From positions 1,376,001-1,440,000 of the forward strand of contig CM000151.3 in the NCBI GenBank assembly GCA_000004695.1: a stretch of 64,000 nucleotides of DNA, in the 5' to 3' direction. The notes beneath the pieces are model-generated. The model ran no database searches. It saw only the letters and a program-made list of their open reading frames with translations, and had not been told where the DNA came from. This document shows positions 38,975 to 52,684 of the stretch, one piece after another. Made by a program: the position numbers and the translations under genes. Within the stretch, counting starts at the first letter, position 1, and the number at the start of each line of letters is the position of its first letter. Origin of the DNA: Dictyostelium discoideum. Its lineage: Eukaryota.

Positions 38975-39637
38975 CTAAACAATTTTATTTTAAAAAAAAA
39001 AAAAAAGTAAAAAAACGAACTAAAAATTACAAATTTAGATTTTTATGATAGAAAGCAGTTTTTTTTGGTTTTCTTAGTTTTAAAAAACCTTTTTTTTTTA
39101 AACAATATTTTGTTTTATTTTATTTTATTTTTTTTTTTTACTTTTTTTTTAAAAAAATCAGGATAAAAAAAAAATAGTAAAAAAAAAAAAAAAAAATAAA
39201 ATATAGAAAAAAAAAAAAAAAAAAAACAAAAGCGAAAACAAAACAAAGCAAACCAAAAAAAAAACACATAATATCTATTTAAATTGTATTATTTATTTTA
39301 TTATCAGTGGTAATTAATTATTTTTTTTTTTTTTTTTTTTTAAAAATAAACCACTACAAACATAAATATCTCAAATTACATTTAAACAATAATATCTTAA
39401 AAAAACAAATAAAAAAAAATAAAAAAAAATAAAAAAATAATTGTGTGTTTGTGTGTATTTGTGGTCTTTTCGATCTATTTATTTTAAAATAATTAATAAA
39501 TAAAATAAAATAAATTAAAATAAAATAAAATAAAATAAAATAAAATATTTTAAATAAATAAAAATTTAAAATTAACAATAACTAAAGTAATAATAATTTC
39601 CTAACTGTAATTTTTTATTTCTTTTTTTTATTTATTG

Positions 39638-39672
<35 letters not shown>

Positions 39673-39835
39673 AAAAAGAAAAAAGAAATTTAGATACGAA
39701 AGTAATATTAAATATATAAAAAAAAAAAAAAAAAATCCAAGAATAATATTTAAAAAAAGAATAAAAAAAAAACTAAACAAAACAAAAAGAAACAAAAACA
39801 ATTGTATAATATTTAAATTATTTTGGAAAAAAAAA

Positions 39836-41310
39836 ATGACGAATAATAGTAATATTGAAAATTGTAATACAATTTATGACAAACAAATAACTCAATTTAA
39901 AATTAATAGAAATGGTAGTAGTGGATGTGGAAGTAGTAATGAAAGTGGATCACTTTTAATTTCTATTAAAATCGAACATATCCTTGAATTTCCAGATGAA
40001 GTTTTATTAACAATTTTATCATTCTTAGAACCAAATGATATTAAAAATATTTATTTATCAAGTAGATATTTATCAAGGTTTGTATATATAAAATTTAACT
40101 TAATTATATATATATATATATAAAATTTAACTTAATTTATTTTAAAAAACAAAAAAAAAAAAAAAAAAAAAAAACTAATTTTATTTTTTTTTTTTACTAT
40201 TATTTTAGTTTTTGTTTTGAAAATAAAATTTGGAAAGCAATTTGTAAAAGAAAATGGAGTTCATCACCAATTTTTAAAAGAAAGCCAATTACAAATTGGA
40301 GAAGTTATTATTTAAAGAAAAAAGGATTTATGGATTTATCAGGTGGATTAAGTTGGATTGAAATATTTTCATCATCAGGTGATAAGCCATCACCAAGATA
40401 TCAAAATACATGTACATCAGTTGGAAATGAAATTTATTTCATTGGTGGACAAGATCATCCAGAGAATAGATTTAATACAATTCATAAATTTAATTGTACT
40501 ACACAAGAATTTACAAGATTAATACCAACAGGTAGCTCTCCACCAAAATTCGCCAGACATACATCAACAGTGATTGGCAGTAAAATTTATTCTCATGGCG
40601 GTTTCGATGGATTTAGTCAACATTTCGGACTATTTGTATATTGTACCATTGAAAACCGTTGGGAAACCCTCTCGCCCACTGGTGATATACCAATCTCAAG
40701 AACCAATCATGCCAGTACATCAATTGGTGATAATTTTTATATTTTCGGTGGAATGTATAAAAATGGTAGTGATTTAGTATTTTTAAATGATTTATTCGAG
40801 TATAATACTATAGAGAATAAATGGACCCAATTAAAGGGTACTGGCGACCACCCACCTCAGAAATGCGGTCATAAGCTATTCAATTTCGGTGGTAAATTAT
40901 TATTATTTGGTGGTGGATATGGCTCACAATGGGATATTAAATATAATGATGTTCATATCTATGACAGATCTTTAAATAGGTGGACAAAAGTTAAAACAAA
41001 GGGAGAAATCAACGTTTGTACATTTACTGTTAGTTGGAGTGTTGGTCCATTTCTTTTCATCTATGGTGGTCAATCTGTTAAAGATGATCTATTAACTAAT
41101 GATCTCTATATGTTAGATACTGTAAATATGGAATGGAGTTCTATCAATACAAATTGTACACCTTTTCCACGTGATATGGGTTCTGGTGTATTAGTTGGTT
41201 CAACACTTTATATGTTTGGTGGTTTCTCTTCAACACCATTAGATAGTTTATTCTCTTTAGATTTATTAAAAGATGAAAATTTAAATATATCACCTTCTCC
41301 AAATATTTAA
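39836..41310 (+). CDS. F-box / Kelch-repeat protein; exons 39836..40077, 40209..41310 (about 447 aa)
   Basis: Exon 1 ends with an F-box (FPDEVLLTILSFLEPNDIKNIYLSSRYLS) and a GTTTGT donor at 40078. The acceptor is TATTTTAG at 40208. Exon 2 is FCFENKIWKAICKRKWSSSP... followed by six Kelch blades (PSPRYQNTCTSVGNEIYFIGG, PPKFARHTSTVIGSKIYSHGG, ISRTNHASTSIGDNFYIFGG, PPQKCGHKLFNFGGKLLLFGG and others). The splice is in frame. Confidence 0.8.
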
Positions 41311-41425
41311 TAAAAAAAAAAAATAAAATAAAATAAAATAAAAATGAAACCAAACGATTTTAACCGAGAAATTAAATTAAAAAGAAAATTTAAAATAATT
41401 TTTAACTTTATTGTACATTTTTGTT

Positions 41426-41664
41426 TCAATTTGTTTGACTTTTCCAGTTATTATTATTATATATTCTACGATTATTATTGTGATGATAATTATTTTTATA
41501 TGGATGCCCTCTATTATTGTTATTATAATTATTATTATTACTACTTCCATCTTCATAACTATTATCATTATCAGACCTTCTATTATTATTATAACCTCTA
41601 TTATCATTATTATTATAATTTTGATAATGATAACCATTACCATTATTGTTATTATTATTATTAA

Positions 41665-41752
<88 letters not shown>

Positions 41753-42426
41753 GATATTGTTATTATTGTATTGATCTCTATCTTTTTCATAGAATCTATT
41801 ATTATTGTTATTTGAATTATTATTTGCATTATTATAATTTCCTTTATTTGAGTTATTACTATTATAAAATTGATCTTTGTCATTTCTATACATGTTACTA
41901 CTTGTTAAATTGGGTGAGATTCTATTACTGTTATTGCTGTTGTTGCTATTATTCGAACTATTATTATTGTTATTGTTATTATTAAATGAATTTACATTTG
42001 AATTTGAATTTGAATTATTTATAAATAAAGTTTGCGATGGTGAAACTGGTGATGAAAAAGGTGATAATGGGGACATACCAGTGATAGGTTTTGTAGAAGG
42101 ATAGTATTGACCTTGCATTGATGGTGATGATGGTTGCATAAAATTTGGTTTGTGATTATATGATGATCTATCATCTACTGAATAAGATTTATTTTGGTAA
42201 TTATATACATTATTACTATTAGTAGTATTATTATTGTTGTTATTATCAATACTACCATTTATGTTGTTATTAAAGCCATTATTATAATTATTATTGTTAC
42301 CATTAACCCCGTTACTATATTGACTAACGTTGTTATTATTATTATTGTTGTTGTTGTTGTTGCTGTTACCACTATTATTGTTATAGCTGTTAAAATTATT
42401 ACCATTACTAGAGTTAATGAAGCCAC

Positions 42427-42471
<45 letters not shown>

Positions 42472-43447
42472 AGCTACCATTATTGTAATTATTGTTGTTA
42501 TTAAAAGTTCCATTATTATTACTTGAAAATTGCAATTGTTGTTGTTGTTGTGGTTGTGGTTGTGGTTGTGGTTGTTGTGGTTGTGGTTGTGGTTGTGGTT
42601 GTGGTTGTGGTTGTGGTTGTGGTTGTGGTTGTGGTTGTGGTTGTGGTTGTGGTTGTGATTGTGGTTGTGGTTGTGATTGATGAATATCATTATTATTGAA
42701 TTGTATGTTTTGACCATTCATGAATTGATTGCTGTTATTAGTAGTATTACCATTAAAATTTGGATTATTATTAAATTGTTGTTGTTGTGGTTGTTGCTCT
42801 TGATGTTGTTGTTGATCGTGTTGTTTTTGTTGGTCTTGTTGTTGGTCATGTTGTTGTTGTTGTTGGTCATGTTGTTGTTGTTGTTGTTGTTGCTGTTGTT
42901 GCTGTTGTTGCTGTTGTTGTTGCTGTTGTTGTTGATATAAAAATTGTTGTTGTTGCTGTTGTTGCTTTTTTAAGAATAATGCTTTTTGAATTTCGGTTTG
43001 TCTTCTTTCTTCGGCCATAACAGTTTTTAATAAAAGGAATAATGTATTTTTATTTGATTCTAATGTTTCAAGTATCTCTTTTTGAACAATAATTTTTGAT
43101 TGTTGTTGTTGTTGTAAATCTTTTAATGAATTAACTTTCTTTTGTAACTTTTCTCTTTTTAGAGTAATTGTTTTTTGACGTTGTTCCATCTCTTGTTGTT
43201 CTTGTTGTAATCTTTGTTCCTCTGTTAAAAGTGATTGTTGTTGTTTTTTTAATTCAATCTCTTTTTGTTCTTGCTCAAGTTTTAACTTTTGTTCAATCTC
43301 TTTTTGTTCTTGTTCTTTTTTATTATATTGGTCTTCAATTCTATCTTCAACTATCTTTTTACATAAATACCTCCTAATGAATTTCTTTTTTGAAATCTCT
43401 GCTTGCAATGCTTTCAAGTGTGCTGTATTGTTATTATAATTTTTCAT
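41426..43447 (-). CDS. Q/N/P-rich low-complexity protein (673 aa) with an N-terminal coiled-coil region
   Basis: The N-terminus is MKNYNNNTAHLKALQAEISKKKFIRRYLCKKIVEDRIEDQYNKKEQEQKEIEQKLKLEQEQKEIELKKQQQSLLTEEQRLQQEQQEMEQRQKTITLKREKLQKK (heptad-like). A (PQ)n block of about 20 units is encoded by (TGTGGT)n on the plus strand. Long poly-N, poly-Q and N/S/G-rich segments follow. It is a single long ORF in an AT-rich genome, so it is probably real, but its function cannot be assigned. Confidence 0.6.
42549..42678. repeat. (TGTGGT)n hexanucleotide repeat of about 21 units, encoding (PQ)n / (QPQP)n on the minus strand
   Basis: A perfect hexamer array. It is coding, not a CRISPR array: there are no spacers and no repeat-spacer periodicity. 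Confidence 0.95.
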
Positions 43448-43882
43448 CTTTTTATTAATTAATTAATTAATTAATTTCCTATAGAGTTTATTTATTTGTT
43501 TTTTTTTTTTTTTTAATGTTTATCTGTGAAGAATTGTGAAAAATTGAAAAAAAAAATAAAAATAATTGAGAAAATTAAAAAAAAAAAAAAAATAAAAATA
43601 AAAAAAAAAACCCAATTTCCGTTACTTTTTGGAAAATATCTTTATAATAAATGTCATTTGATCGCTCCTTTTAAAAAAAATGTCGTTGGAGTAAATTTAT
43701 GATTTTTATTTTATTTTTTTTTTTTTTTTTTTTTTTTTGGTTTTTTTCATTTTATTTTATTAAACAAATTAATTGAAAAATTTTTAAAATTTTTTATTTT
43801 TTATTTAAGTTATAATTTAGTATAAAGTACTTTTATTTGTAAGTATTCCCACAAAAAAAATAAAATAAAATAAAGTTATTCC

Positions 43883-43914
<32 letters not shown>

Positions 43915-44297
43915 CCATTGTTTTTAAATAATTTATAATGACCTATTTATAAAAAATAAAAGAAAAAAAAAAATTTAAAAAAAAAGTAAAATGTATTATT
44001 TATTATTTATTTATTTTTATTATTTATTTTTATTTTGTTTTATAATTATTATTATTATTATTTTTTTTTATTTTTTTTTTTTATTTTCTTTCCAATACAT
44101 TTTTGTCATTGAAGGATTACCATTTTTGTATAAATTGTTTTTTTTTTTTTTTTGAAAAAAATTAATTTTTTTTAGTTTTTTTTTTTTTTTAGTTTTAGGA
44201 AAAAAAAAAAATAAAATAAAATAGAGGAAATTAAAAATTAAAATAATAAAAAATAAAAACAAATAAATAGTATTGTTTGGGTTATGTTTATAATTTC

Positions 44298-44336
<39 letters not shown>

Positions 44337-44497
44337 GGGAAGGAAAAAATTAAAATTATAATGCCCTTGTAACCCCCACATAAATCCAAAAAAAAAAAAA
44401 ATAGTTGAAAAAAAAAAATTTTTTTTTTTAATAATTATTTTTTATTTTTTTTTTCCAACAATTATTTATCATTTATTTATATTCACACACTTTGTTA

Positions 44498-44529
<32 letters not shown>

Positions 44530-44765
44530 TAAATTAAAAGTATATATGTTTATTATATATAAATAAAGAACATAAAAATAAAATAAAAAAAAAAAAATAA
44601 AAAATATTTTTTGGTCTTAACAACCTTAACACTAAAAAGTAAATATTTTCGTAGTAAATTTTTAAACACATCCCAAAACTTTTTTTTTTTTTTTTATACT
44701 ATTAGATTTTAGTAAATTTTATTTTAATTTTTTTAAAAATTTATTTTTAATTTCAATATTATATC

Positions 44766-44804
<39 letters not shown>

Positions 44805-45587
44805 CGATTTTTCATATGTGTATGCATACATTAAATCAAATAAATCCAAACACCGTTCGTTAACGAACTTTTTTTTTTTTTTTCCCGCTATTAACGGATT
44901 CAATAACAAAATTTTAAAAACTATTATTTTTTTTATTTTTTTTTTTTTATTTTTTTTTTTATTTCACCCCCCATTACAAACGACACAACAATAAAATTTT
45001 TATATATTTTATATATATATAATTTCACATATTAATAATAATTATCACTTATTTTATGTTTATATATAATAACATTTATGATAAAACTTATAAATTATAC
45101 ATCTAAAAAAAATAAAATAAAATAATAAATTAATAAAAAAAAAAAAAAATATAAAAAAAAAAAAAAAACCTAATAAAGAAAATTAAAAAATAAATTTTTT
45201 AATTCATTTGTAAAATTATAAAGAAATGGAAAAAATAAAAAAACAAAATAATATAGGAAGCTATAGTAGTGATAAAGATGGTGAATATAAAAAGTTTAGA
45301 TTTTCAAAAACCTCAATTAGAGGTTTTCTATTAAAAGAATATGAAAGAGAAGTACCAATTATTGTTAAAATTCAAGTAATGTATATAATATAAAATAATA
45401 TAATATAGTTATAGAGGGCTAAGGAAAGGGATGGGGAGGTGTGTATTTTTTTATTTATTTTAAATTATTAATATTAATAAAATATATTTTTTTTTTTTAT
45501 TTTTTTATTTTTTTTATTTTTTTATTTTTTATTTTTTCTAATATTTAATAGAGTTATAGAAATAAATTTTTAGATTTTTATTTTAAA

Positions 45588-46709
45588 ATGGCAAGCATTT
45601 TAGGAGAAGAAGTATTTTTCATATTAGCATTACCAATTAGTACATGGTGTGTTGCAACACAATTAGGAGTTGAATTATGTGTGGTGTTAGCACTTACAAT
45701 TGGTGGTGGAAATATACTAAAGAATACATTTACATTACCTCGTCCACCACCAAATATAGTTTGGACCAATACAGCACATCAAAAAGATCATGGTTTACCA
45801 TCAACTCATACAGCATCAGCATTTGGTTTAACTTTTTACTTTTTAATTTATACTTATTTCCTTTTCCCAACAATTGGTGAATCTTTTAATATTTCACTTT
45901 TATCTATGTTTTTTATTGTATTATTTTGGTCAACAAGTGTAATGTTTAGCAGGTAAAGTTTTTTTTTTTATTTTATTTTTAAATCTATATAAAAATAAAA
46001 ATAAAATATATATATATATTAATTTATTTATTTATTTAGATTATATAATGGTCATCATACACCAATGGATGTTATTGCAGGTTTAATTGTCGCAATTACA
46101 TCAATATTAGCAACAACATATCAACTTAGATATTTTATTGAAGGAATGGTATTATCTGAAACCTTTTTATTTGGACCAATGCTTTATATTGCAATTTTAT
46201 CAGCAATTTTGTTTTTCCATCCACAAGCAAACACTGGACCAACACCAGCATATCCAGAGACTGGTTTGGTTTGTGGTGCAAGTTTAGGTTCTTTAATTAG
46301 TTTATGGCTTCATGCTCAACATCCATGTCCATTAATGAATCAAGAATTATTATTATTAGAAGCTAATTATGATTCAATAGTTTCAACAATTCATTCAATT
46401 CCATTATTACTTCATGGTAGTAGAATTTTAATTGGTTTGGTTTTAGTTGGTATAGCAAAAGTTTTCTCAAAGAAATTCTTTTTCTTTGCTTATGATTTGG
46501 TAATTAGAGCAAATACAAATAATGAACAATCTCAACCAATCACTACAGTTTCATTCGATCCAAATAAAAAGATCATAGTCACTCCAACAATTGAAGCTTT
46601 CTCAAAATTGTTTGTTTACACTTGTGTTAGTTTCACTATCGTTTCAATGCCATACTTATTTTATTATTTAAATATTCAAACTTCTGCTGATGTAACAAGA
46701 TATTATTAG
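45588..46709 (+). CDS. sphingosine-1-phosphate phosphatase-like PAP2-family lipid phosphatase; exons 45588..45952, 46040..46709 (about 344 aa); a possible extra 5' exon at 45229..45378 is not confirmed
   Basis: The three PAP2 motifs are present in order: KNTFTLPRPP (KxxxxxxRP), PSTH (PSGH equivalent), and SR|LYNGHHTPMDVIAG (SRxxxxxHxxxD) split by the intron (GTAAAG donor at 45953, TTATTTAG acceptor at 46039, in frame). Hydrophobic TM segments lie throughout. This matches SGPP/LCB3-type S1P phosphatases. Confidence 0.75.
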
Positions 46710-46945
46710 GAAATTTAAAAAAAAAAAAAGAAAAAAAAAAAGAAAAAAAAAAAGAAAAAAAGAAAAATCAAACGATTATAAAACAAAAAAAAAAAAAAAC
46801 AAAAACAAAAAAAAAAAAATAAATAAATAAAATCAAACGATTAAAAAAAAAAAAAAAAAAATCGAACAAATAAAACTAAAAAAAACCAAAAAAATAAAGA
46901 ATGTGTCGTGTAATATATTCCACAATTAAAACATAGTGAAATTAC

Positions 46946-46980
<35 letters not shown>

Positions 46981-47310
46981 ACACCCCCGATATATTATTT
47001 TGGTTTTTTTTTTTATTTTTTTATTTTCTTAAATTAGGATAAACAACGAAAATAAAATTTTAGGAAAACAACGGAAATAAAATTCTAAAAATAAAACTTA
47101 TTTATTTTAAAATCTAAAAATAATAATTATAATTTCAACAAACCTTAAATGATAATACAATAAAAATGAAGATTTATCAACCCTTTATAAAGTAAATATT
47201 AAAAAAAAAAAAAAAAAATTATAAAAATAATTAATCCTGATAAAATATATATTTATAGTAATTCAATAACAGTATTTTTTCAAAGGAATTCAAAACATGA
47301 TTTTCTTTTA

Positions 47311-47663
47311 ATGGTATATTATTCATTATTATTTACATCATCATTTTGTATTGGATCAGTTTTATTAGTAATATCTTCAATTAGACATTTCTTTTTAGCA
47401 TTTGAGTTATTTTGGTTATTAGTAATAGCAACAACAGCAATAGTAAGCTCAGAACATTTTTATGGCATTATTAAAAATGTAATAAGGTTATGTGTTGCTG
47501 TAATTATAGGTTCAATTTTATCTTATATTTCATTTTCAATGGTTGGAAGGTCAGTTTGGCCAAATTGTTTTATTTTTTTTGTAATTTTATTATTAGGAAC
47601 TGGTAATTAAAATTAAAATTATTATCATTATCATTATTACCGTATTTTAATTATATTAATTAT

Positions 47664-47726
<63 letters not shown>

Positions 47727-50583
47727 GGACCAATGATGACATCAAAACTATGTCCATTTTATTTATTTAAGTTTGTTTTTTTAACTTATTATTATTTAAC
47801 ATTTGAAGATACATTTAGAAAAGAATTTTATTCACCAATTGATAATTTACTGTTTACATTAGGATCAGCTGCTTCATTTGGATCGTGTTTATTAACATGT
47901 CTATTGTTAAGAGCACCATTTGCAAATATTTTATTTATTCAAACTTCAAATACTCTATTAAAAAGATCAATTTCTTATATTAAACAATTAAAATTACAAA
48001 CAAATTTAGTTTTTTCAAGAAATAATAATTTTAAAATTGTAATATATTATTATTTTTTTATTTTAATCAACCAATAACCAATTTTATTTTTTAAAAAAAA
48101 AAAAAAGAGATATTTGTATATTTTATAATCCTAATTATTTCTTTTTTTATTATATAAAATAGTATTATAGAGATATTGATGAGAATAGTAAAAGAAAAAC
48201 AAATGATTTGATTTTAAAATTACAATTCCAACATCAAGATTATAGTGAAAGGTTAAATCATTTAGATCAAATGTTAAGGTATTTTTTAAAAATTATTATT
48301 TAAATTTTAATTTAAAATATTAATAATAATAATTATAATTATAATAATGAAAAATTTAAACTAAATTTTTTTTAAAATAATTTTATATTTATTAGTGATA
48401 GTAAAAAAGAATTTTGGGCAAAAAACTATATTCAACATTTTGAAAGAATTCAAATTTTATTTGAAAGAAATTTAAAGAAATTAATTGCAGTTGGACTTAA
48501 AATAAATGATGAAATTGATGATAAAATTAGAAATCAGATTGAACCAATAATACCTCAAGTTAATATATTATTTGATGAAATTTTAAAAATTTTTGAAGAA
48601 ATGGGTAACCAATTAAAATATAAATTTATACATACAAATAATAATGATAATTCTCAATGGTTTAAAAATACTATTGCAAGTGATTATTATAAGAATTTAG
48701 ATAAAAGGGATGAAAATTATCATTCATTTTTTTATTGTCATTTGGATTTTGTTTATAAAATCAATGGTTTAAAAGATATAAAAGAGAATTCATTAGAATG
48801 GAATCAAATTAAAATTAATAAATCATTTGAAATTATTGATGAAACAATATCTAAAATTGATCAATTATTTGAATCGATTTTTAAAGAAGCACCATTATTT
48901 AATCCAAATGTTGATAATTCGTTATCAAAAGTTTATATATTATTAAAATGTTTTAATACATTTTGTTTAGAACAAAAATTATTATCAAAAGAAATATTTT
49001 TAGTTTCATATCATAATAGTTTAAATAGGAATAAACCACAAGAATATTTAGCAATCGTTGCAACAATTAAAAGAATTTGGAAATATACTAAAACTTATAA
49101 ACAAAGAAAATTAGAAAAATTAGAAAATGAGAGGAATACTAATGAAGATACCACACCAATTAAAGAGAAATTTAAATTATATTTTATGAATTTTTTAAAA
49201 GATAGAATTTTATATAATTGGCAATTTACTATTAAATATTCTTTAGTTAGTGCAGGTGGTGCAGTGGCAATCTTTGAAATTAAAAAACATACAAAATTTC
49301 AATTATTTGAAATGTTAAATTGGATGTTAAATGCATATATTGTAACGGCCGGACCAGATATCGGAGCATTGGGAGCATTAACATCTGTTAGAGTAATCGT
49401 TTTAATTATTGGTGGATTTCTTGGATATGCAAGTATAATAATTTGTGAATTTGGTGGAAATGATTCATCAAAAGCATTAATTTATATTGGATTTTCATTT
49501 GCAATTATATTTCTATTGGGTATTATTTTAAATTTTCAAATATTTAAAGGAATGATAACAAATATAGTTTTCACATTTTCAGTTGTTTCAATTCCACTTT
49601 ATGAAAATGGTTCAAATATAATTTTTACACTTTATAGAATTGGATATGTTGTACTTGGTTTCATTTTAGTATTTATCTTATCAATGATAATACCATATTA
49701 TGATTATAGAGAATTAGAAAAGAATTTATTTAAAATACCATTCTTAATAATTGAATTGGTTGATTACTTTTTTTATTACAGTTTTGAACAACCAATTCAT
49801 GAATCAAATAAAACACTTTTATCAATACCTTATAATGAAAATAATGAAAATTATGTTTTCAATAATATAGATTATAATAATTTCAGTCATGTAAATAATA
49901 TTAATAGTGAAAAAAGTTTTAAAATCTCTGAAATGATAACAATTGATCAATATAAATCAGTCTTTAGTGAGAAATATATTAACCTTAGAAGAATATTCCC
50001 AGCTCAAAGAAATTTATTATTAGATTCAAAATTAGAATTAATATTTAAAAAAAGTGAATTTAAAAACCTAGAAAATGATTTATTATCAATTCAATATTTT
50101 CATGATTTATTTGGAGTTTTAGAATTTGCATTTGTAGAATCACATGAAACTCATATTAGAATGATTGGAAAAGAAACCAGAATACAAGCTAGACGATTAT
50201 TTGATGAATTGGAACTATCATCCACTTTATTATGCCACATTCAGGAGGAAAGGGATAATTTAGGTAGAGTGATTAGAAGTTCATCATTACCTTACATTTC
50301 TCAAAAAAGGGATAACGGGATTGATTTAATGAATCAATTAATTGACCATGTTAATTCACAAATTTCAAATTATAATATACCAACATTAGAAAAACATCAA
50401 TTAAATGCAACACTATTTGCACTACATAGTTTTGTTAAACAATATCATTTAATATTCAAGAAATTAATATTAAAAAAGGAATCTATGGTTAACAATAGTA
50501 AAGTTTTCATTTTAAATAATAATAATTATAAAATTAACTCAAATATGATTGATGTTAAAGAAAGTATATTTCTAAATCAATAA
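47311..50583 (+). CDS. large multi-pass membrane protein of unknown function (about 969 aa); exons 47311..47602, 47728..48038, 48163..48278, 48396..50583
   Basis: Four in-frame exons joined by GTAATT, GTAATA and GTATTT donors and by ATCAG, AATAG and TATTAG acceptors, with consistent phases. The N-terminus has a TM cluster (LLFTSSFCIGSVLLVISSIRHFFLAFELFWLLVIATTAIV...). A soluble region of about 250 aa follows. A second TM cluster is VSAGGAVAIFEIKK...TAGPDIGALGALTSVRVIVLIIGGFLGYASIIICEF...IIFLLGIILNFQIF...VLGFILVFILSMIIPYY. A C-terminal soluble domain follows. The two-membrane-block architecture resembles ALMT/ArAE/FUSC-type exporters, but that is only an impression. Confidence 0.6.
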
Positions 50584-50659
50584 AAAAGTTTTATTAATTA
50601 TTTAAATATTACAATTATTTATTTAAAAAAAAGTTTTTGGTTGATTAATTAAAAAAACT

Positions 50660-50714
<55 letters not shown>

Positions 50715-50765
50715 TATTATTTTTTTTATATTTTATATATAAATATATATATTTTTGATTTGTTT

Positions 50766-50808
<43 letters not shown>

Positions 50809-50814
<6 letters not shown>

Positions 50815-51787
50815 AAAGTATTCAGGTGCAGGTTTTTTAGCTGGTGCACCTCTTGATTCTTGAGGAGCAGCTTCAAAGATTGCAAAGTTCTTTTTAAGAT
50901 TTTCGTCGAGTTGTAAAATTGCAGCAACATTACCACATCTATAACAATAGTTTGGAGCAGACCAAACGGTGACTAATGTTTCATTAAACATATATTTGAA
51001 ACCTTCCATTACTAATTGATGCGCTCTACATATAAATTCTAAATTGTTATCGTGATTAAACTTTTGAACGACATCTTCACCAAATAAGAAACCTGCACCT
51101 CTTGGACTACCATTCCATCCTGGTATATCCTCTGGATCTGACCACATTAAATCACACATTGGTCCTTCATGTGGTACTTCTTGTTTTCTATCAATTGCCC
51201 TAATCTAATAATAAAAAAATATAAATATATATTTATATACATATATTAATATATATATATATTATATATACACTTTAATATTTATAAATTGTATTGTAAT
51301 TTGATGAATGATACATTACTTGATCTAAAGTATTAATTGATGGAGATAAACCACCATGAACACAAAATATTTTACCATCAACTAAAGCAGAAAGTGAGAG
51401 ATAATCGAAAATCTCTGTACAATATTTCCAAACTGTAACACTACCATACTTTCTAACGCATTCTTCATAGAAACCATAGACTTGAGTGATTTGTCTAGAT
51501 TCATGGTTACCACGAATCAATGTAATTCTATCTGGGTATCTAACTTTTAATGCCAACAATAATAAAAATGTCTCTACTGAATAAAATCCTCTATCTACAA
51601 AATCTCCCATAAAAAGATAATTGGTTTGTGGACAATCTCCTCCAACTTTAAAAAGTTCTTTTAAATCATAGAATTGACCATGAATATCACCACAAATCTA
51701 GATAAAAATAAAAATAAATAAAAAAACAAATGAATTAGTTTAAAATTTAAGGTAGTGGTTTTTTTTTTTTTTTTTTTTGTGTGTGGT

Positions 51788-51822
<35 letters not shown>

Positions 51823-52030
51823 CTATTAAGGAAAATAAAAAAAAAAAATAAAAAAAAAAATGTATAAATGATTTTAAATGACCTACAGTTACTGGTGAAT
51901 CTACTCTTTGAACATTTCCTTCTTCTAAAAGGATTTCTCTTGCTTTTGAACATAATGCTCTAACTTCACTCTCTTTGATGATTTCACATCTTTTGAGTTG
52001 TTCAATTTGTCTATCTAAATCGGATGACAT
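50809..52030 (-). CDS. ppp4c: serine/threonine protein phosphatase 4 catalytic subunit (PP4c), 3 exons: 52030..51887, about 51698..51320, 51204..50809 (about 305 aa)
   Basis: The spliced product is [48 protein letters not shown]|[126 protein letters not shown]|[131 protein letters not shown]. It is nearly identical in layout to human PPP4C, including DLDRQIEQL and the C-terminal DYFL. Exon 2 coordinates may be off by 1 nt because of an A-homopolymer length ambiguity near 51599-51603. Confidence 0.9.
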
Positions 52031-52376
52031 CTTATTTAATTAAAATTTCTTGATTTTTTTTTTTTTTTTTTCTAAAAAAAGACTATATAATACACACAAG
52101 AATTTTTAATTTATTTGTTGATTAGCTGATTGAGAGATTACAAAACAAAACCTTTTATAGTAATATTATTTAAATTTTCAAAATCTTATTTTTTTTTTTT
52201 TTTGTTTGTTGATTGTTTTTTATTATTATTATTATTTATATATTTTGATTTTTCTTTATTTTTCTTTATTATTCTTTTTTTTAAAATTGATTGGTTTATA
52301 CAATTGGCACAAAATAAAAAAAATATATAAAAATAAAAATAAAAAAAGTAATAATAAAAAAAATTGATATATTTTG

Positions 52377-52417
<41 letters not shown>

Positions 52418-52620
52418 AAAAAAAAAAAAAATTAAAAAAATTTTAAAAAAAAAAAAAAAAAAAAAAATGAAATAAAAAAATAAAAATAAATAAAAATAAA
52501 AAAAAGTTGGACTCATGTGGAAATCGACACAACATTAAGATATCATGCCCAAAGAATTATTTATTTTTATTTTTTTTTTTTTTGGAAATCAAAACATAGT
52601 GGAAAAAAAAAAAAAAGGCA

Positions 52621-52625
52621 ATAAC

Positions 52626-52684
<59 letters not shown>

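Noticed and set aside
42537-42680. A CRISPR-like regular array
   Set aside because: It is a perfect hexanucleotide microsatellite encoding (PQ)n inside a eukaryotic gene. It has no spacers, and no prokaryotic context exists anywhere in the window.
45229-45382. Possible 5' exon (MEKIKKQNNIGSYSSDKDGEYKKFRFSKTSIRGFLLKEYEREVPIIVKIQ followed by GTAATG) of the PAP2 phosphatase gene
   Set aside because: The only downstream acceptor (TTTTTAG at 45573) would join in the wrong phase. It was therefore not included in the model. It may be an independent small ORF or may require a different junction.
51596-51612. An apparent 1-nt frameshift in ppp4c exon 2. My reading of the text shows a run of five A at 51599-51603, whereas four are needed for ...[12 protein letters not shown]
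   Set aside because: The supplied ORF track translates MGDFVDRG contiguously, so this is most likely my miscount of a homopolymer. It is noted only as a coordinate caveat of plus or minus 1 nt for exons 1 and 2.
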